Shown here in pieces: positions 1 to 9,630 of a stretch of DNA of 64,000 nucleotides. Every line of letters starts with the position of its first letter. Within the stretch, counting starts at the first letter, position 1. This DNA comes from Hyphomicrobiaceae bacterium (lineage in GTDB: Bacteria > Pseudomonadota > Alphaproteobacteria > Rhizobiales > Hyphomicrobiaceae). Location: positions 14,322 through 78,321 of the forward strand of contig JBFWOB010000030.1 in the NCBI GenBank assembly GCA_050250755.1, read 5' to 3'. The position numbers and the translations under genes were made by a program. The notes beneath the pieces were generated by a model. The model made no database searches. It was not told where the DNA came from and saw only the letters and a program-made list of their open reading frames with translations.

Positions 1-27
1 GCCTCAAGCAGTCACCGGAGCCATCCA

Positions 28-681
28 ATGATGCCCACCATCACCGCCTTTGAAATGTCTCCTGATCGCGGCAGGGGGCTGGCACGTGACATGCGTGTTC
101 GCTGGGCGCTTGAAGAGGTGGGCCAGCCTTACGGTGTTCGCCTTCTTTCGTTCAGTGAGATGAAGGAGCAAGCGCATCGCGCGCTTCATCCTTTCGGGCA
201 GATTCCGACCTATGAGGAAGGCGATCTCGCCCTCTTCGAGTCCGGGGCGATCGTGTTCCACATCGCGGAGCGTCATGTGGGCCTGCTGCCGGTCGATGCA
301 AACGCACGGGCGCGCGCGATCACATGGATGTTTGCCGCTCTGTGCACGATAGAGCCGCCGATTGTCGACCGGGGAATTGTCACTTACCTGGAGAGTGACA
401 AGAGCTGGCGCGAGGAGCGAATGCGCATGGTCGAGGATCGCATCCGTGCAAGGCTAGGCGAACTTTCTGCTCAACTTGGCGATTCCGATTGGCTCGACGG
501 TGCATTCAGCGCGGCGGATCTTCTGATGGCGCATGTGCTGCAGAGGCTGAAGAGTTCGGACCTGCTGCGCGAATATCCGAACTTGGCAGCCTATGTCGCC
601 CGCGCCGAAGCGCGACCCGCCTTCAGGCGTGCGTTCGCTGCGCAATTGGCGGTTTTCACCGCCGCATCGTCCGGGCAATAA
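28..681 (+). CDS. Glutathione S-transferase family protein
   Basis: 217-aa ORF from ATG 28. GST N-terminal thioredoxin-like motif (HPFGQIPTYEEGDLALFESGAIVFHI) followed by a helical C-domain. Likely chromosomal flank. Confidence 0.8.
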   Translation: MMPTITAFEMSPDRGRGLARDMRVRWALEEVGQPYGVRLLSFSEMKEQAHRALHPFGQIPTYEEGDLALFESGAIVFHIAERHVGLLPVDANARARAITWMFAALCTIEPPIVDRGIVTYLESDKSWREERMRMVEDRIRARLGELSAQLGDSDWLDGAFSAADLLMAHVLQRLKSSDLLREYPNLAAYVARAEARPAFRRAFAAQLAVFTAASSGQ

Positions 682-962
682 AACCTACCCTCAGCGATCT
701 CAGCTTCGCGGCGAGGCATGCTTGCAGCCCGTGGCCAAGAACACCACGGCCCGGGCGCCGAGGTCCCGAAACCATGGACACACGCGTCGACTCAGAAGCC
801 GTTCCGCTCAAGAGTGCAGCGGTGTGGCTCGGGGCGACATGGCGAGGCTCGACTCCCTGCTCACGTATGTCCAAATGTATGACCAAAACGGCTGCGACCG
901 GCCGATTTCCCTGAAATTTATCAGGGGAATCGTGGAGTTTCAATAATTTAGGGATATCAAAA

Positions 963-981
963 TGGCGCCCAGAAGAGGACT
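963..981. repeat. Direct repeat copy 1 (att-like core resembling a tRNA 3' end)
   Basis: TGGCGCCCAGAAGAGGACT, 18/19 identical to 14872-14890. Lies in an AT-rich non-coding patch. Confidence 0.6.
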
Positions 982-1390
982 GGTGGACCTGCTTTCCAAG
1001 CATCAGATATATAAGAGTTTCTTCCTCATCCTGAGGCGGATTGTGTACCAGCGAAGTGTACCTGTCGCAAGCCTCGGAACACGAGCGGAAAGAGACCCGT
1101 TTGTGCAGTTCTTGCCCATCCACTGCCGGGAAGAGGTTGCCTCGGCTACTGCTGATATGGCTGGGTTTGAAGCAACCGAGCATGAAATTCATACGAGACT
1201 TACGACGGGGTATGTTGCCCGGTAGCGGCTGCGGTGCCTTGAAGAGCGGCCGGAGTTTGCGAACGGCTGAGGCACGCGCCACCCAGCGCGGCGAGAGTGA
1301 GCAGAGTGCTCGGCTGCATGTTGATAAAATGCCGACGGAGTAGCGGCGCATTATGACACTAGGATCGGTCTACAAGGTTTGAACTTCTCG

Positions 1391-2116
1391 CTACTTGGGT
1401 CTTCTGCTGTCAATGATGCGCAGGAGATGGCTAGCCAACATGATCTGCTCGATGGCCTCGACAGGATCGCTAAGTGCCACGTGGCGGTGTGACTGTGGGT
1501 TCTTGTAAGATCCTAGCGCTCCAGCAAAGAGGTGAGCACGTGCCTCTCGCTCGCCAGCTTCGACACTCTTGTCCGTGAGCTTGCCCGTCTTTGGATCGAA
1601 TGCCTCTCTCGCAAGCTTAACCCCGACCACATCATCGGCAGCACCGGTGGCGCGTCGTAGCTCGACCTCGACCTGCTTCATGCCTTGGAACACTGCCACG
1701 TCATACTCACCCCTAACGAATGCGAGCCAGACGCTGTCAGAGATAGAAGAATGGAGCAGAGCCTTCGGAAGCATTTTTGCTGCGGTGAAGTCCTTAAACG
1801 ACTGTTGGGTCTCGAATTGGCGAGCGCGGCGGCTTAGCCTGCGCCAACCGTGAGTGCCATTGATGCCGGGCTCGGGGACGACCAATCCCTGAGCTTGCAG
1901 CCAAGCCCACGCTTCGACCATTGCCAGTTCAATGTCGGCTGCCAAAGTGTGGTGGGGACTGAAGTGCTGGACCAGGCTCTTGGCAAAACGGCCGGGCTCA
2001 AACATCTTATCGCCTTCGATCTCACGAGTGGCGAACAGCAGCCGAGCGCCAAGTTCTTCGGGCTCAAGTCTAAGTATAACTTCAGGCTCGGGAAGAGCCT
2101 TCACGTATTGGTTCAT
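1391..2116 (-). CDS. TIGR02391/Hypoth_Ymh-family protein (R-M associated)
   Basis: C-terminal half fits the Ymh pattern (FQGMKQVEVELRR...EAGEREARAHLFAGALGSYKNPQSHR). Start set at ATG 2116 (MNQYVKAL), 16 nt after the hsdR stop, because the longer ORF-track version overlaps hsdR. Confidence 0.7.
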   Translation of the reverse strand: MNQYVKALPEPEVILRLEPEELGARLLFATREIEGDKMFEPGRFAKSLVQHFSPHHTLAADIELAMVEAWAWLQAQGLVVPEPGINGTHGWRRLSRRARQFETQQSFKDFTAAKMLPKALLHSSISDSVWLAFVRGEYDVAVFQGMKQVEVELRRATGAADDVVGVKLAREAFDPKTGKLTDKSVEAGEREARAHLFAGALGSYKNPQSHRHVALSDPVEAIEQIMLASHLLRIIDSRRPK

Positions 2117-2132
2117 GGGTTCAGGCTCGAAA

Positions 2133-5100
2133 TCAGTGAGATGGCGCGTTTCCGGGCCGGGTACCCATGTGGTGGTACACGTACTGCCATACAGCTTCGA
2201 CCTTCTCATCGAAGATGACCTGCGGATAAGGCTCCTCCGGCAGCTCGTTGAGGACCACTTTAATCTCGGAGTGCACGCTGGCACGAGTTTGTGGGTTCAG
2301 CTCCCATCGCGGCGACAGGAGGTCGGCCTGGAGCTTCTGAAGCAGTCCCTTCGCCACGGCCTTGACCGCGATTTCTTGAGCTCGGGTCAGTTTTGGCGAA
2401 GGACGTGTGAGCAGGTCGAACACTGCCCGTTCACGCTCCGTCATTCCCTCGAGCCCAGCGCGTTGTTGCTCCTCGTCCATCTCGTTGACGAAGCGCCTGA
2501 GGGCGTCAAAGAATTTCGCCGCATCGATGGTGCCGCTGTTGTACTCCGCGACCAGCATCTCCAGCTTTTCAACGAGATCCTTGCGGGTTGGATTTTCACC
2601 CGCCAACTTGCGCGCCTTTTTTTCAGCATTAGCGCGCATCTGTTCGCTAGCTGTCTTCGGGTTCGTTTGAAAAAGGCCGGACAGCTTCTCAAAGTCGATA
2701 TCGGAGAGGTCTATGCGCTCGCCGACCGCATGATCTTCAACGATGGGTGCTGTGATTGCAACGCCTTCGATCTTCTCATCTAGCAGCGCTTCGATCTTGG
2801 CATAGATGGCGGATATATCGATTGGCCCCAGCTTTGCTCGCACTGCCTCACCGATGACGTGGAGCGTCGCCACTTGCTTGAGAAAGGGCGTAGCTCGGTC
2901 GTCCGGCAGTAGCGCCTTGTAAGCCCGAGCAGCAACTCCCACGCGCCGCAGAAACTCGCGCCTTTGCTCATCTGGGGCGATGAGCACCTCCACGGCATCT
3001 GCGATCAGCTTGAGACGAGCGAGCTTACTGGCCGCCGGGATCGCCTCGGGATCAACGCCAAGCTCGACGCAAAACGCCCGTGCCGCAGCCAGCGACGCAA
3101 CCAGTTCCTCCACGAGCCCGTCCTTGCTTCTAATTGGCGACCCGCCGCTGAGCGAGGAGGTGGTGGCGTAGATGGCGAGCGCCTTCTGCAGGTTTTGGAA
3201 CACGCCAACATAATCCACCACCACGCCCGCCGTCTTGCCGGGCGCCCGGCGGTTGGCACGAGCAATCGTCTGCATAAGCGTGTGGTTCTTCATGGGCTTG
3301 TCGAGGTAAATAGTGCTGCACGTTGGCACGTCGAAGCCGGTGATCCACATAGCGCAGACGAACACGAGCCGGAGTGGGTCCTCTCCATTCTTGAACCTGC
3401 TCTCCAGGTCCTCCTTCTGCATCCGCTCTCGATGCGGAAGAATGTCGAGGCCCTTGGTCTTGAGGTCCGCGATTTCGTTCTGTCCCTGGCTCACAACCAC
3501 GGCCATGTCGAGGCTCTTCATCCACGCCAGCAGCTCGTTAATGCCGGCCTTGGTCTCCTCACGGGCAGCTGTTGCGGATTTTTCACGTTCCGAGATCAGC
3601 GCCGCCCATGCCGCTTTGACCTTGTCGTACATGCGCACCGCCGTGGCCTTGTCTATGGCCACGAACATCGCTTTACCCAAGTAGCCACGAGAGGCGAGAT
3701 GACGCACGAGGTCCGCAGCGATCTCGTCTAACCGGTCGTTTCGAGTGATCAGGTGGTACTGGCGGGCGAACTCTCGCTCCAGCTTCTTTTCCTGGTCATG
3801 ATCGAGCCCAGCCTCCTCAATGACGTCATAGACCTCCTCTCGCAACTCTTCGGAGGCGATCTGAAGCTCTGGCTTCCGGTTCTCGTAGAACAGCGGGACG
3901 GTTGCGCCGTCTGACGCCGACTGCGCGAAATTGTAGATCGAGACATAATCGCCGAAGACTTCCCGTGTCCTCTCCTCTTGGCCGGCTATTAGAGGCGTTC
4001 CCGTGAAGCCGATGAAGGCCGCATTGGGAAGCGCTCGGCGCATGTTGGCGGCGAGCTGATCGTACTGGCTGCGGTGTGCCTCGTCCGTGATGACAATAAT
4101 ATCCTGGCGCTCCGACAGCACCGGCATCAGTTCAAGGCGGTCGGCCGAGAACTTATGGATCAAGGTGAAGACATACCGCTCTTGCCCCGCCAAAAGCTGG
4201 CGCAAGTGCGCCCGGCTCTGTGCCTGGGCATCCTTAATGGGCTTCGTCAGCGCGCCAACGGAGGCGAATGTCTGGGCGATCTGGTCGTCCAACTCCTGCC
4301 GGTCGGTGACGACCACGAAGGTCCAGTTGCCGCCGAGCCGCCGAAGCACTTTCTCGGCAAACATCACCATCGAGAAGCTCTTGCCCGAACCCTGGGTATG
4401 CCAGAACACCCCCAGCCGGCCCTGGTTGTCAGCTATGTGCCGCACGGCCGCGATGGCGCGATTAATGCCGAGGACTTGATGGTACTTGGCTGTCAACTTC
4501 CGCAACCCCTGGCGCCCCTCCTCGAACAGCAGAAAGCTCTCGATCAGGTCGAGGAAGCGGCCGGGCGTGCATGTCGCCCTTAGCATCGTCTCCAGTCCGA
4601 CGCTCTCGGGGCCGTCCTCATCAAGTCGCTTCCATGGGGCGAATAGGTTGAACGGGGCGTGCGACGGTCCCATGACTGCTTCGAGGCCGTTGGAGAGGAG
4701 CGTGAAGCCATTTGCGTCGAACAGCCTAGGAATAGTGTCGCGGTAGTCGCGAAGGTTGGCGTCATAGGCTTCCTGTAGGGGCTGCGTTGGAGCCTTCCAC
4801 TCGCAGAGGAGAACGGGGATACCGTTAAGGTAGCCGATGGCGTCGGGGCGCTTGCGAAAGCCATATAGCTCGTTCTCGATCCACATCTGTGAGGCGATCA
4901 AGAAGTCGTTCTCGCCCTTGCCCTGCCCCGTCCAATCAACCAGTCGCACCCGCTCTAGCTTCTGAGAACCGTCCTCCTGCGGCACCTGGACTGGCACGCC
5001 GTCCCGCAGCAGACGGTAAACTTCGCGGTTAGCGGCGACGGGCGACATGGACGAGCGGTCGGCTGTCAGCTCAGCCTCGGCTTGCTCCAGCGCCTTGACG

Positions 5101-5327
5101 GGTAAGTCAGAGTTGAGGCGCTTCAGGGCTCCACGGAGGCGAGCGGGCAAGAAGACTTCGCGCCGTGAGCGGCGGCCGGTCGGGTTCGTGGGGCCGGGTT
5201 CCTCGTGCAGCAAGTTCTGATGTTGCCAGCCCAGCTCTTGCAGCAGCTCCAACGCCGGCCTCTCCACGATCTCCACCTCACTAGCGAGCGCGCCAGAAAG
5301 AGAGCGTGAGGGGGCAGCAGGAGGCAT
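2133..5327 (-). CDS. hsdR: Type I restriction enzyme R subunit
   Basis: 1064 aa. SF2 helicase motifs: Walker A (TQGSGKSF) and DEAH box (VITDEAHRSQY). N-terminal nuclease region. Abuts hsdS. Confidence 0.95.
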   Translation of the reverse strand: MPPAAPSRSLSGALASEVEIVERPALELLQELGWQHQNLLHEEPGPTNPTGRRSRREVFLPARLRGALKRLNSDLPVKALEQAEAELTADRSSMSPVAANREVYRLLRDGVPVQVPQEDGSQKLERVRLVDWTGQGKGENDFLIASQMWIENELYGFRKRPDAIGYLNGIPVLLCEWKAPTQPLQEAYDANLRDYRDTIPRLFDANGFTLLSNGLEAVMGPSHAPFNLFAPWKRLDEDGPESVGLETMLRATCTPGRFLDLIESFLLFEEGRQGLRKLTAKYHQVLGINRAIAAVRHIADNQGRLGVFWHTQGSGKSFSMVMFAEKVLRRLGGNWTFVVVTDRQELDDQIAQTFASVGALTKPIKDAQAQSRAHLRQLLAGQERYVFTLIHKFSADRLELMPVLSERQDIIVITDEAHRSQYDQLAANMRRALPNAAFIGFTGTPLIAGQEERTREVFGDYVSIYNFAQSASDGATVPLFYENRKPELQIASEELREEVYDVIEEAGLDHDQEKKLEREFARQYHLITRNDRLDEIAADLVRHLASRGYLGKAMFVAIDKATAVRMYDKVKAAWAALISEREKSATAAREETKAGINELLAWMKSLDMAVVVSQGQNEIADLKTKGLDILPHRERMQKEDLESRFKNGEDPLRLVFVCAMWITGFDVPTCSTIYLDKPMKNHTLMQTIARANRRAPGKTAGVVVDYVGVFQNLQKALAIYATTSSLSGGSPIRSKDGLVEELVASLAAARAFCVELGVDPEAIPAASKLARLKLIADAVEVLIAPDEQRREFLRRVGVAARAYKALLPDDRATPFLKQVATLHVIGEAVRAKLGPIDISAIYAKIEALLDEKIEGVAITAPIVEDHAVGERIDLSDIDFEKLSGLFQTNPKTASEQMRANAEKKARKLAGENPTRKDLVEKLEMLVAEYNSGTIDAAKFFDALRRFVNEMDEEQQRAGLEGMTERERAVFDLLTRPSPKLTRAQEIAVKAVAKGLLQKLQADLLSPRWELNPQTRASVHSEIKVVLNELPEEPYPQVIFDEKVEAVWQYVYHHMGTRPGNAPSH

Positions 5328-6592
5328 CAGGCAGCGTCCTCGAGTTCGCGCTCGGCACCGGCCACTGACAACTTACCGGACATCAGGCGAGGTAGGAGAA
5401 GAGCACGAGATGCTGCGAGCTTCGTGTTCGAACGTTGGAGCGTCGCTGCCATCTCAACCCCTGCCATCACGTACTTTTGGAATTGATCACAAACCGTGGC
5501 AACTGGCATGGGAACAGGGTATTTCGCCAGAACGGCCCAGCTGGCTCGGGGCATCTTGGTCCCATTTGAGGTCTGCACAGAGTGAGCGACAAACCGGTCA
5601 CTCGACGTCACGGCAAGCACCAAAGCCGCGACTTTCGTCGCTCGGGGACGAATAACGATCGCATCGGATGAGCAGATACCCTCGAAGGGAGCCCATGCCA
5701 CCTTATGGAAGTAAGGTCGTATCTTTCCGAATAGGATGTCCCCCCGCCTGAACTTTAGCTTCGTGCTCGTCACGTCTGCGGCGCTTCCCCAATCGTCGAG
5801 AGTGGTTGAACGGCGTGGGATATGCTCCAGGCCGACGTAGGGCGTCTCGCCGCTCACCTGGGTAGGCTGAACGGCGTCCCGCATCTCCTCGGCAAGCGCC
5901 CCGAGCGTTGTCCAGGTCCATCCGAGGGGCAACCTATCATCACCCTTGTCTCGGACTTCAGTAGCCTTATGCTCCGGAAACCGGAAGTGGACGAACCATT
6001 CCTCGAACAGCCCCCGCGCCATCTCCTCCAGCACCGCGATCCGTCGCCGGTTCACCTCGATCAGATCGTCGTACGCGCCGAGGATGGAGGCGATGTGGCG
6101 TTGCACAGACATCGGAGGAAGCGGGATCCGTAACAGACGAATGTCTCGGATCGGAAGTTGTGGTTGAGCCGCACCACTGGTCAGCGCTGTGACCTGCGCT
6201 CTGAACTGCGGACTTCGAACGACCAGAAACAAGAACTCCGGCAGCAAAGTTGAACGATCTGCTCGCAGTATGACCATGCCGGAATTGATCCTTATTTGGT
6301 CGTACCGCACGCGATCATTGAACCAACCGACGTTCCCGATGGTCCCACGAGTGGTCAACACTATGTCGCCTCGGACGACCCGGCCCTTCCGAAGCTTGCG
6401 TTCCTTATCATTGGTGATGAACTGGCACGACGTGAAATCGAAGCCATTCTTGCGAACGTTTCCCGTATCCAAGAAGAGCCAGTCGCCGACAGCATTGAAA
6501 TCCGACTTCTTCGGATACTCAGTACCGCGATCCCCGTCGATGATTTCAACCGGAGCGTTTCCAAGTGGCCGCTGGACCCATGCGTCAGTCAT
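5327..6592 (-). CDS. hsdS: Type I R-M specificity subunit
   Basis: 421 aa with two tandem target-recognition domains separated by conserved helical spacers (LEEMARGLFEEWFVHFRFP; ASRALLLPRLMSGKL). ATGA overlap with hsdM. Confidence 0.85.
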   Translation of the reverse strand: MTDAWVQRPLGNAPVEIIDGDRGTEYPKKSDFNAVGDWLFLDTGNVRKNGFDFTSCQFITNDKERKLRKGRVVRGDIVLTTRGTIGNVGWFNDRVRYDQIRINSGMVILRADRSTLLPEFLFLVVRSPQFRAQVTALTSGAAQPQLPIRDIRLLRIPLPPMSVQRHIASILGAYDDLIEVNRRRIAVLEEMARGLFEEWFVHFRFPEHKATEVRDKGDDRLPLGWTWTTLGALAEEMRDAVQPTQVSGETPYVGLEHIPRRSTTLDDWGSAADVTSTKLKFRRGDILFGKIRPYFHKVAWAPFEGICSSDAIVIRPRATKVAALVLAVTSSDRFVAHSVQTSNGTKMPRASWAVLAKYPVPMPVATVCDQFQKYVMAGVEMAATLQRSNTKLAASRALLLPRLMSGKLSVAGAERELEDAA

Positions 6593-8148
6593 GCAAGCAG
6601 CTCCGCCGCGTTCTTCGCGATCTGTGCCTGCAGCGTGACAGCCTCTACGTTCAGCGCCTCCAACTCCTCCTGAAGCGCCTCCAACTGCTCTCGGAACTCG
6701 CCGTTGTCCTTCTTTTCACCCGGGGCCAGCCCGACGTACCGGCCGGGATTAAGGCTCCAGCTCTGTTCCTTAATCTCAGCCCGGCTTGCGACCCTGCAGA
6801 GCCCTAACACGTCGCGGTAGCCGCCCTTGGGGAACGCCTCCTTGATGCGCTCCGCACTACCCGCCTGGGTCTCGATCTCGTCACCCCGCCACAGCCGCAC
6901 AATGTTGGCTAGGAACTCGATGTGCCCCGGATCGAACGTGCGATGAGCCCTGGTGACTTGCCGGAACAGATGGCGGGCATCTATGAACAGCACCTCGTCA
7001 GCCCGTTTGCCTTTAGCTTTGCCCTTGTCGAGGAACCATAGCGTTACCGGCAGCGTGACCGTGAAGAACATATTGGGCCCGACCGCGATGATGCAGTCAA
7101 CTGCCCCGGTCTCCACGAGCTTGCGACGCAGGTCCTTCTCGCTGCCGCCCCCGTCACTGGCGCTGTTGGCCATGACGAAGCCGGCCCGCCCGGTCGGGCT
7201 CAGCGCGGCGTAGAACAGATTGATCCAAAGATAGTTGGCGTTGTTGACAGTCGGCAGGCCGAGGGGGAAGCGGGCGTCCACCTTGCCGGCTTCGCTGACT
7301 AGCCGCTTGAGGTCCACTTCCGACTGGTTGAACGGCGGATTGGCCATGACGAAGTCAAATCGCCCGAGGAGTTTGTGTGGGTCGTCGTAATAAGAGTTAG
7401 CGATTTGCACGTCGCCGGAGAGCCCATGCACAGCCAGGTTCAATCGACAAAGACGCAGTGTGTCCGACATCTTCTCAACGCCGAACAGGCTGATCTCTCT
7501 GGCCGGTTGCCTGCGGTGACGGCGAACGAACTCGGCCGAGTGCACGAACATGCCGCCCGAGCCGCAGGCGGGGTCCAATATCGCGCCATGGTATGGCTCG
7601 ATCACCTCAACGATTAGTTTGACAATGGAGGCAGGGGTGAAGAACTCGCCACCCTTTTGCATGTAGGCGGAGGCGAACTGGCCCATGAAGTACTCAAAGA
7701 TCAGACCGTAGGCATCGCCTTCAAGCTTGAGAGGGGCCAGCAGCCGCAGCAACTCCCGCAGCGTTGCGTTCGGTAGCCCGCTGTAGCCATGTGGGAGCGC
7801 CGCGGCAAGATCCGGGTTCGCCTCGGCAACGCTCCTCATCGCCTCGTTCAAAGCGGCCCCGAGGTCGCTGGCCTCGGGCAGCGCGATCAGCTTCGAGAAG
7901 CGGGCGTTGTCCGGCAGGAACACGGCGCCACGAGCTCGGTAGTCCTCCGGCTTCGCCTTCAGCCGACCCTTGAACCTCGGCGCGATCTCGTCTGTGTGGA
8001 TCTTCGCGAACTTGGCCTCCATCTGCCGGAGCGCGATCAGCGCAAGGACTGGTTGCGAGTACTGGTCAGGCCTCAGATCGGTGTTGGTCCAGAGATTGTC
8101 TGCTGTTTTGAACAGCGTCGCCGAGACCCGCTGAAGGTCAGTCTCCAT
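6589..8148 (-). CDS. hsdM: Type I R-M N6-adenine DNA methyltransferase subunit
   Basis: AdoMet motif ILDPACGSGGMF and catalytic NPPFN. Start set at ATG 8148 (METDLQ), preceded by a GGGGGAG RBS. The ORF-track start at 8184 is also possible. Confidence 0.9.
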   Translation of the reverse strand: METDLQRVSATLFKTADNLWTNTDLRPDQYSQPVLALIALRQMEAKFAKIHTDEIAPRFKGRLKAKPEDYRARGAVFLPDNARFSKLIALPEASDLGAALNEAMRSVAEANPDLAAALPHGYSGLPNATLRELLRLLAPLKLEGDAYGLIFEYFMGQFASAYMQKGGEFFTPASIVKLIVEVIEPYHGAILDPACGSGGMFVHSAEFVRRHRRQPAREISLFGVEKMSDTLRLCRLNLAVHGLSGDVQIANSYYDDPHKLLGRFDFVMANPPFNQSEVDLKRLVSEAGKVDARFPLGLPTVNNANYLWINLFYAALSPTGRAGFVMANSASDGGGSEKDLRRKLVETGAVDCIIAVGPNMFFTVTLPVTLWFLDKGKAKGKRADEVLFIDARHLFRQVTRAHRTFDPGHIEFLANIVRLWRGDEIETQAGSAERIKEAFPKGGYRDVLGLCRVASRAEIKEQSWSLNPGRYVGLAPGEKKDNGEFREQLEALQEELEALNVEAVTLQAQIAKNAAELLA

Positions 8149-8371
8149 CGCGCTCCCCCTTTTCCTGCAGCGGGATCTTGCCACACCTGATTAGTGCTTC
8201 GCCAGCGTGGTGCGACAGTGCGAACCGGGTTTGTGCGGCCGCTGCCCGACGATGGGCCCTTCAGGTCGAGATGTTTTGCTGCGATCGTTCGGGCCGGGAT
8301 CGGGGGAGTGATCTCCAAACAAATCCCCCGTATAGGGGGTAGGCGTCAAAAAAACCAGGTGGAGATCTACA

Positions 8372-8860
8372 GTGGCTACAGTCACTTTTGTTCCGTTCAG
8401 TGAGGTCAAGCCCCTCTCTGACTGTCAACCAGGAGACGTGGTCTACAGCCTGAGAAGCAAGGCTGAGGGGCCTTCTCTCGTTGTTGAGACAAATATGCCG
8501 AATATGGGGCAGTTAATCTTGTTAATGCCAAATGGGCCAGTTGCACGGGAGCTGCCCCATGACACGTTGGTGATGCCGTATTCCACACAAGAGTACTGCA
8601 TCGAGGTGCTCGGCTCTGTCTCGCCGTTCGTTGGGGTTCCCGAACAGAACGGCGCGTTGCTGCACCGCGACGGCAACTGGCAGCTTCTTCTTCAAACGAG
8701 TGGAACTTGGGAGTGCTACGACTTCCGCTCCGGCAAGTTCAACGCCCGTTCTGGTCATCAAGAGTATATTTGCCAGAACTGGCGCTTGATCGTGCCGCGG
8801 CTACCTGTCGGTGCAACTTCTGACCCGAAGGTGATCTTTGAACGCCCGGCGAGAGCATAA
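8372..8860 (+). CDS. Hypothetical protein
   Basis: 162-aa ORF with GTG start and plausible amino-acid composition. No recognisable motif. Confidence 0.4.
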   Translation: MATVTFVPFSEVKPLSDCQPGDVVYSLRSKAEGPSLVVETNMPNMGQLILLMPNGPVARELPHDTLVMPYSTQEYCIEVLGSVSPFVGVPEQNGALLHRDGNWQLLLQTSGTWECYDFRSGKFNARSGHQEYICQNWRLIVPRLPVGATSDPKVIFERPARA

Positions 8861-9015
8861 AAGGCCGTAACGCGCCACCCATAGGGTCTCGGCACGTATA
8901 CCTTTCCAGGACACTTTGGACGAGACAGATATGCGTCTCATATGGATGCAAACTTGATATTTAAGACGTTCGTGCTATAAGGTCTAGAGCCATCCAAGAC
9001 GAGAGGGAGGCACGG

Positions 9016-9564
9016 ATGCTGTACGGCTACGCTCGGGTCAGCACGACCGATCAAGACTTGTCGATCCAGAAGGCAGCCCTGAAAGCTGCGGGATGCACTG
9101 TGATCCGGGCAGAGAAGGCGACCGGCACGACCCGCAAGGGCAGGACAGAACTTGAGACCCTGCTGGAGTTCATGCGGAAGGACGACACATTGGTCGTCAC
9201 CCGCATTGACCGGCTCGCCCGCAGCCTGAGGGATCTTCAGAACATCATGCACGAGCTGCGTGAGAAGGGCGCACATCTCAAGGCCACAGAGCAGCCGGTG
9301 GATACCTCAACGCCCGCTGGGAAGGCCTTCCTGGATATGCTGGGGGTGTTCTCTGAGTTCGAGACGAACCTTCGGCGTGAGAGGCAGATGGAAGGCATCC
9401 AAGCGGCAAAAGAACGGGGTGTCTACAAAGGGCGGCCGAAGAGTATCGACGCCGAGGAAGTCAGGAAATTGCTCGACGAGGGGATTGGCGCGACCGGGGT
9501 TGCAAAACGGCTAGGAATAGGGAGAGCGAGCGTTTACCGGCTAGCGTGCATCGGAAAAACCTAA
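9016..9564 (+). CDS. Serine recombinase (resolvase/invertase family)
   Basis: MLYGYARVSTTDQDLSIQ catalytic-Ser motif, resolvase core and C-terminal HTH (GATGVAKRLGIGRASVYR). Confidence 0.9.
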   Translation: MLYGYARVSTTDQDLSIQKAALKAAGCTVIRAEKATGTTRKGRTELETLLEFMRKDDTLVVTRIDRLARSLRDLQNIMHELREKGAHLKATEQPVDTSTPAGKAFLDMLGVFSEFETNLRRERQMEGIQAAKERGVYKGRPKSIDAEEVRKLLDEGIGATGVAKRLGIGRASVYRLACIGKT

Positions 9565-9573
9565 ATACGTGTA

Positions 9574-9602
9574 TTGACACAATTATGTGTTATACTTATA
9601 TC
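9574..9602 (+). promoter_or_regulatory. Sigma70-like promoter with overlapping palindrome
   Basis: TTGACA (9574-9579), 17-nt spacer, TATATC (9597-9602). ACACA-ATTA-TGTGT palindrome at 9577-9590. Downstream GGAGGA RBS at 9621-9626. Confidence 0.4.
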
Positions 9603-9630
9603 TGTGCTGCGAATGAGCACGGAGGACTAC

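Noticed and set aside
963-1050. Possible tRNA at the left repeat copy
   Set aside because: It diverges right after GAGGACT, so there is no T-loop. There is no complementary acceptor strand and no cloverleaf.
656-1351. 231-aa minus-strand ORF spanning the GST end, the att-like repeat and the AT-rich patch
   Set aside because: It crosses a junction between compositionally different DNA, overlaps the GST 3' end and has no motif. It is probably non-coding.
8185-9015. Invertible promoter or shufflon controlled by the serine recombinase next to the R-M operon
   Set aside because: I found no convincing inverted repeats flanking 8185-8371 versus 8861-9015, and there is only one hsdS gene.
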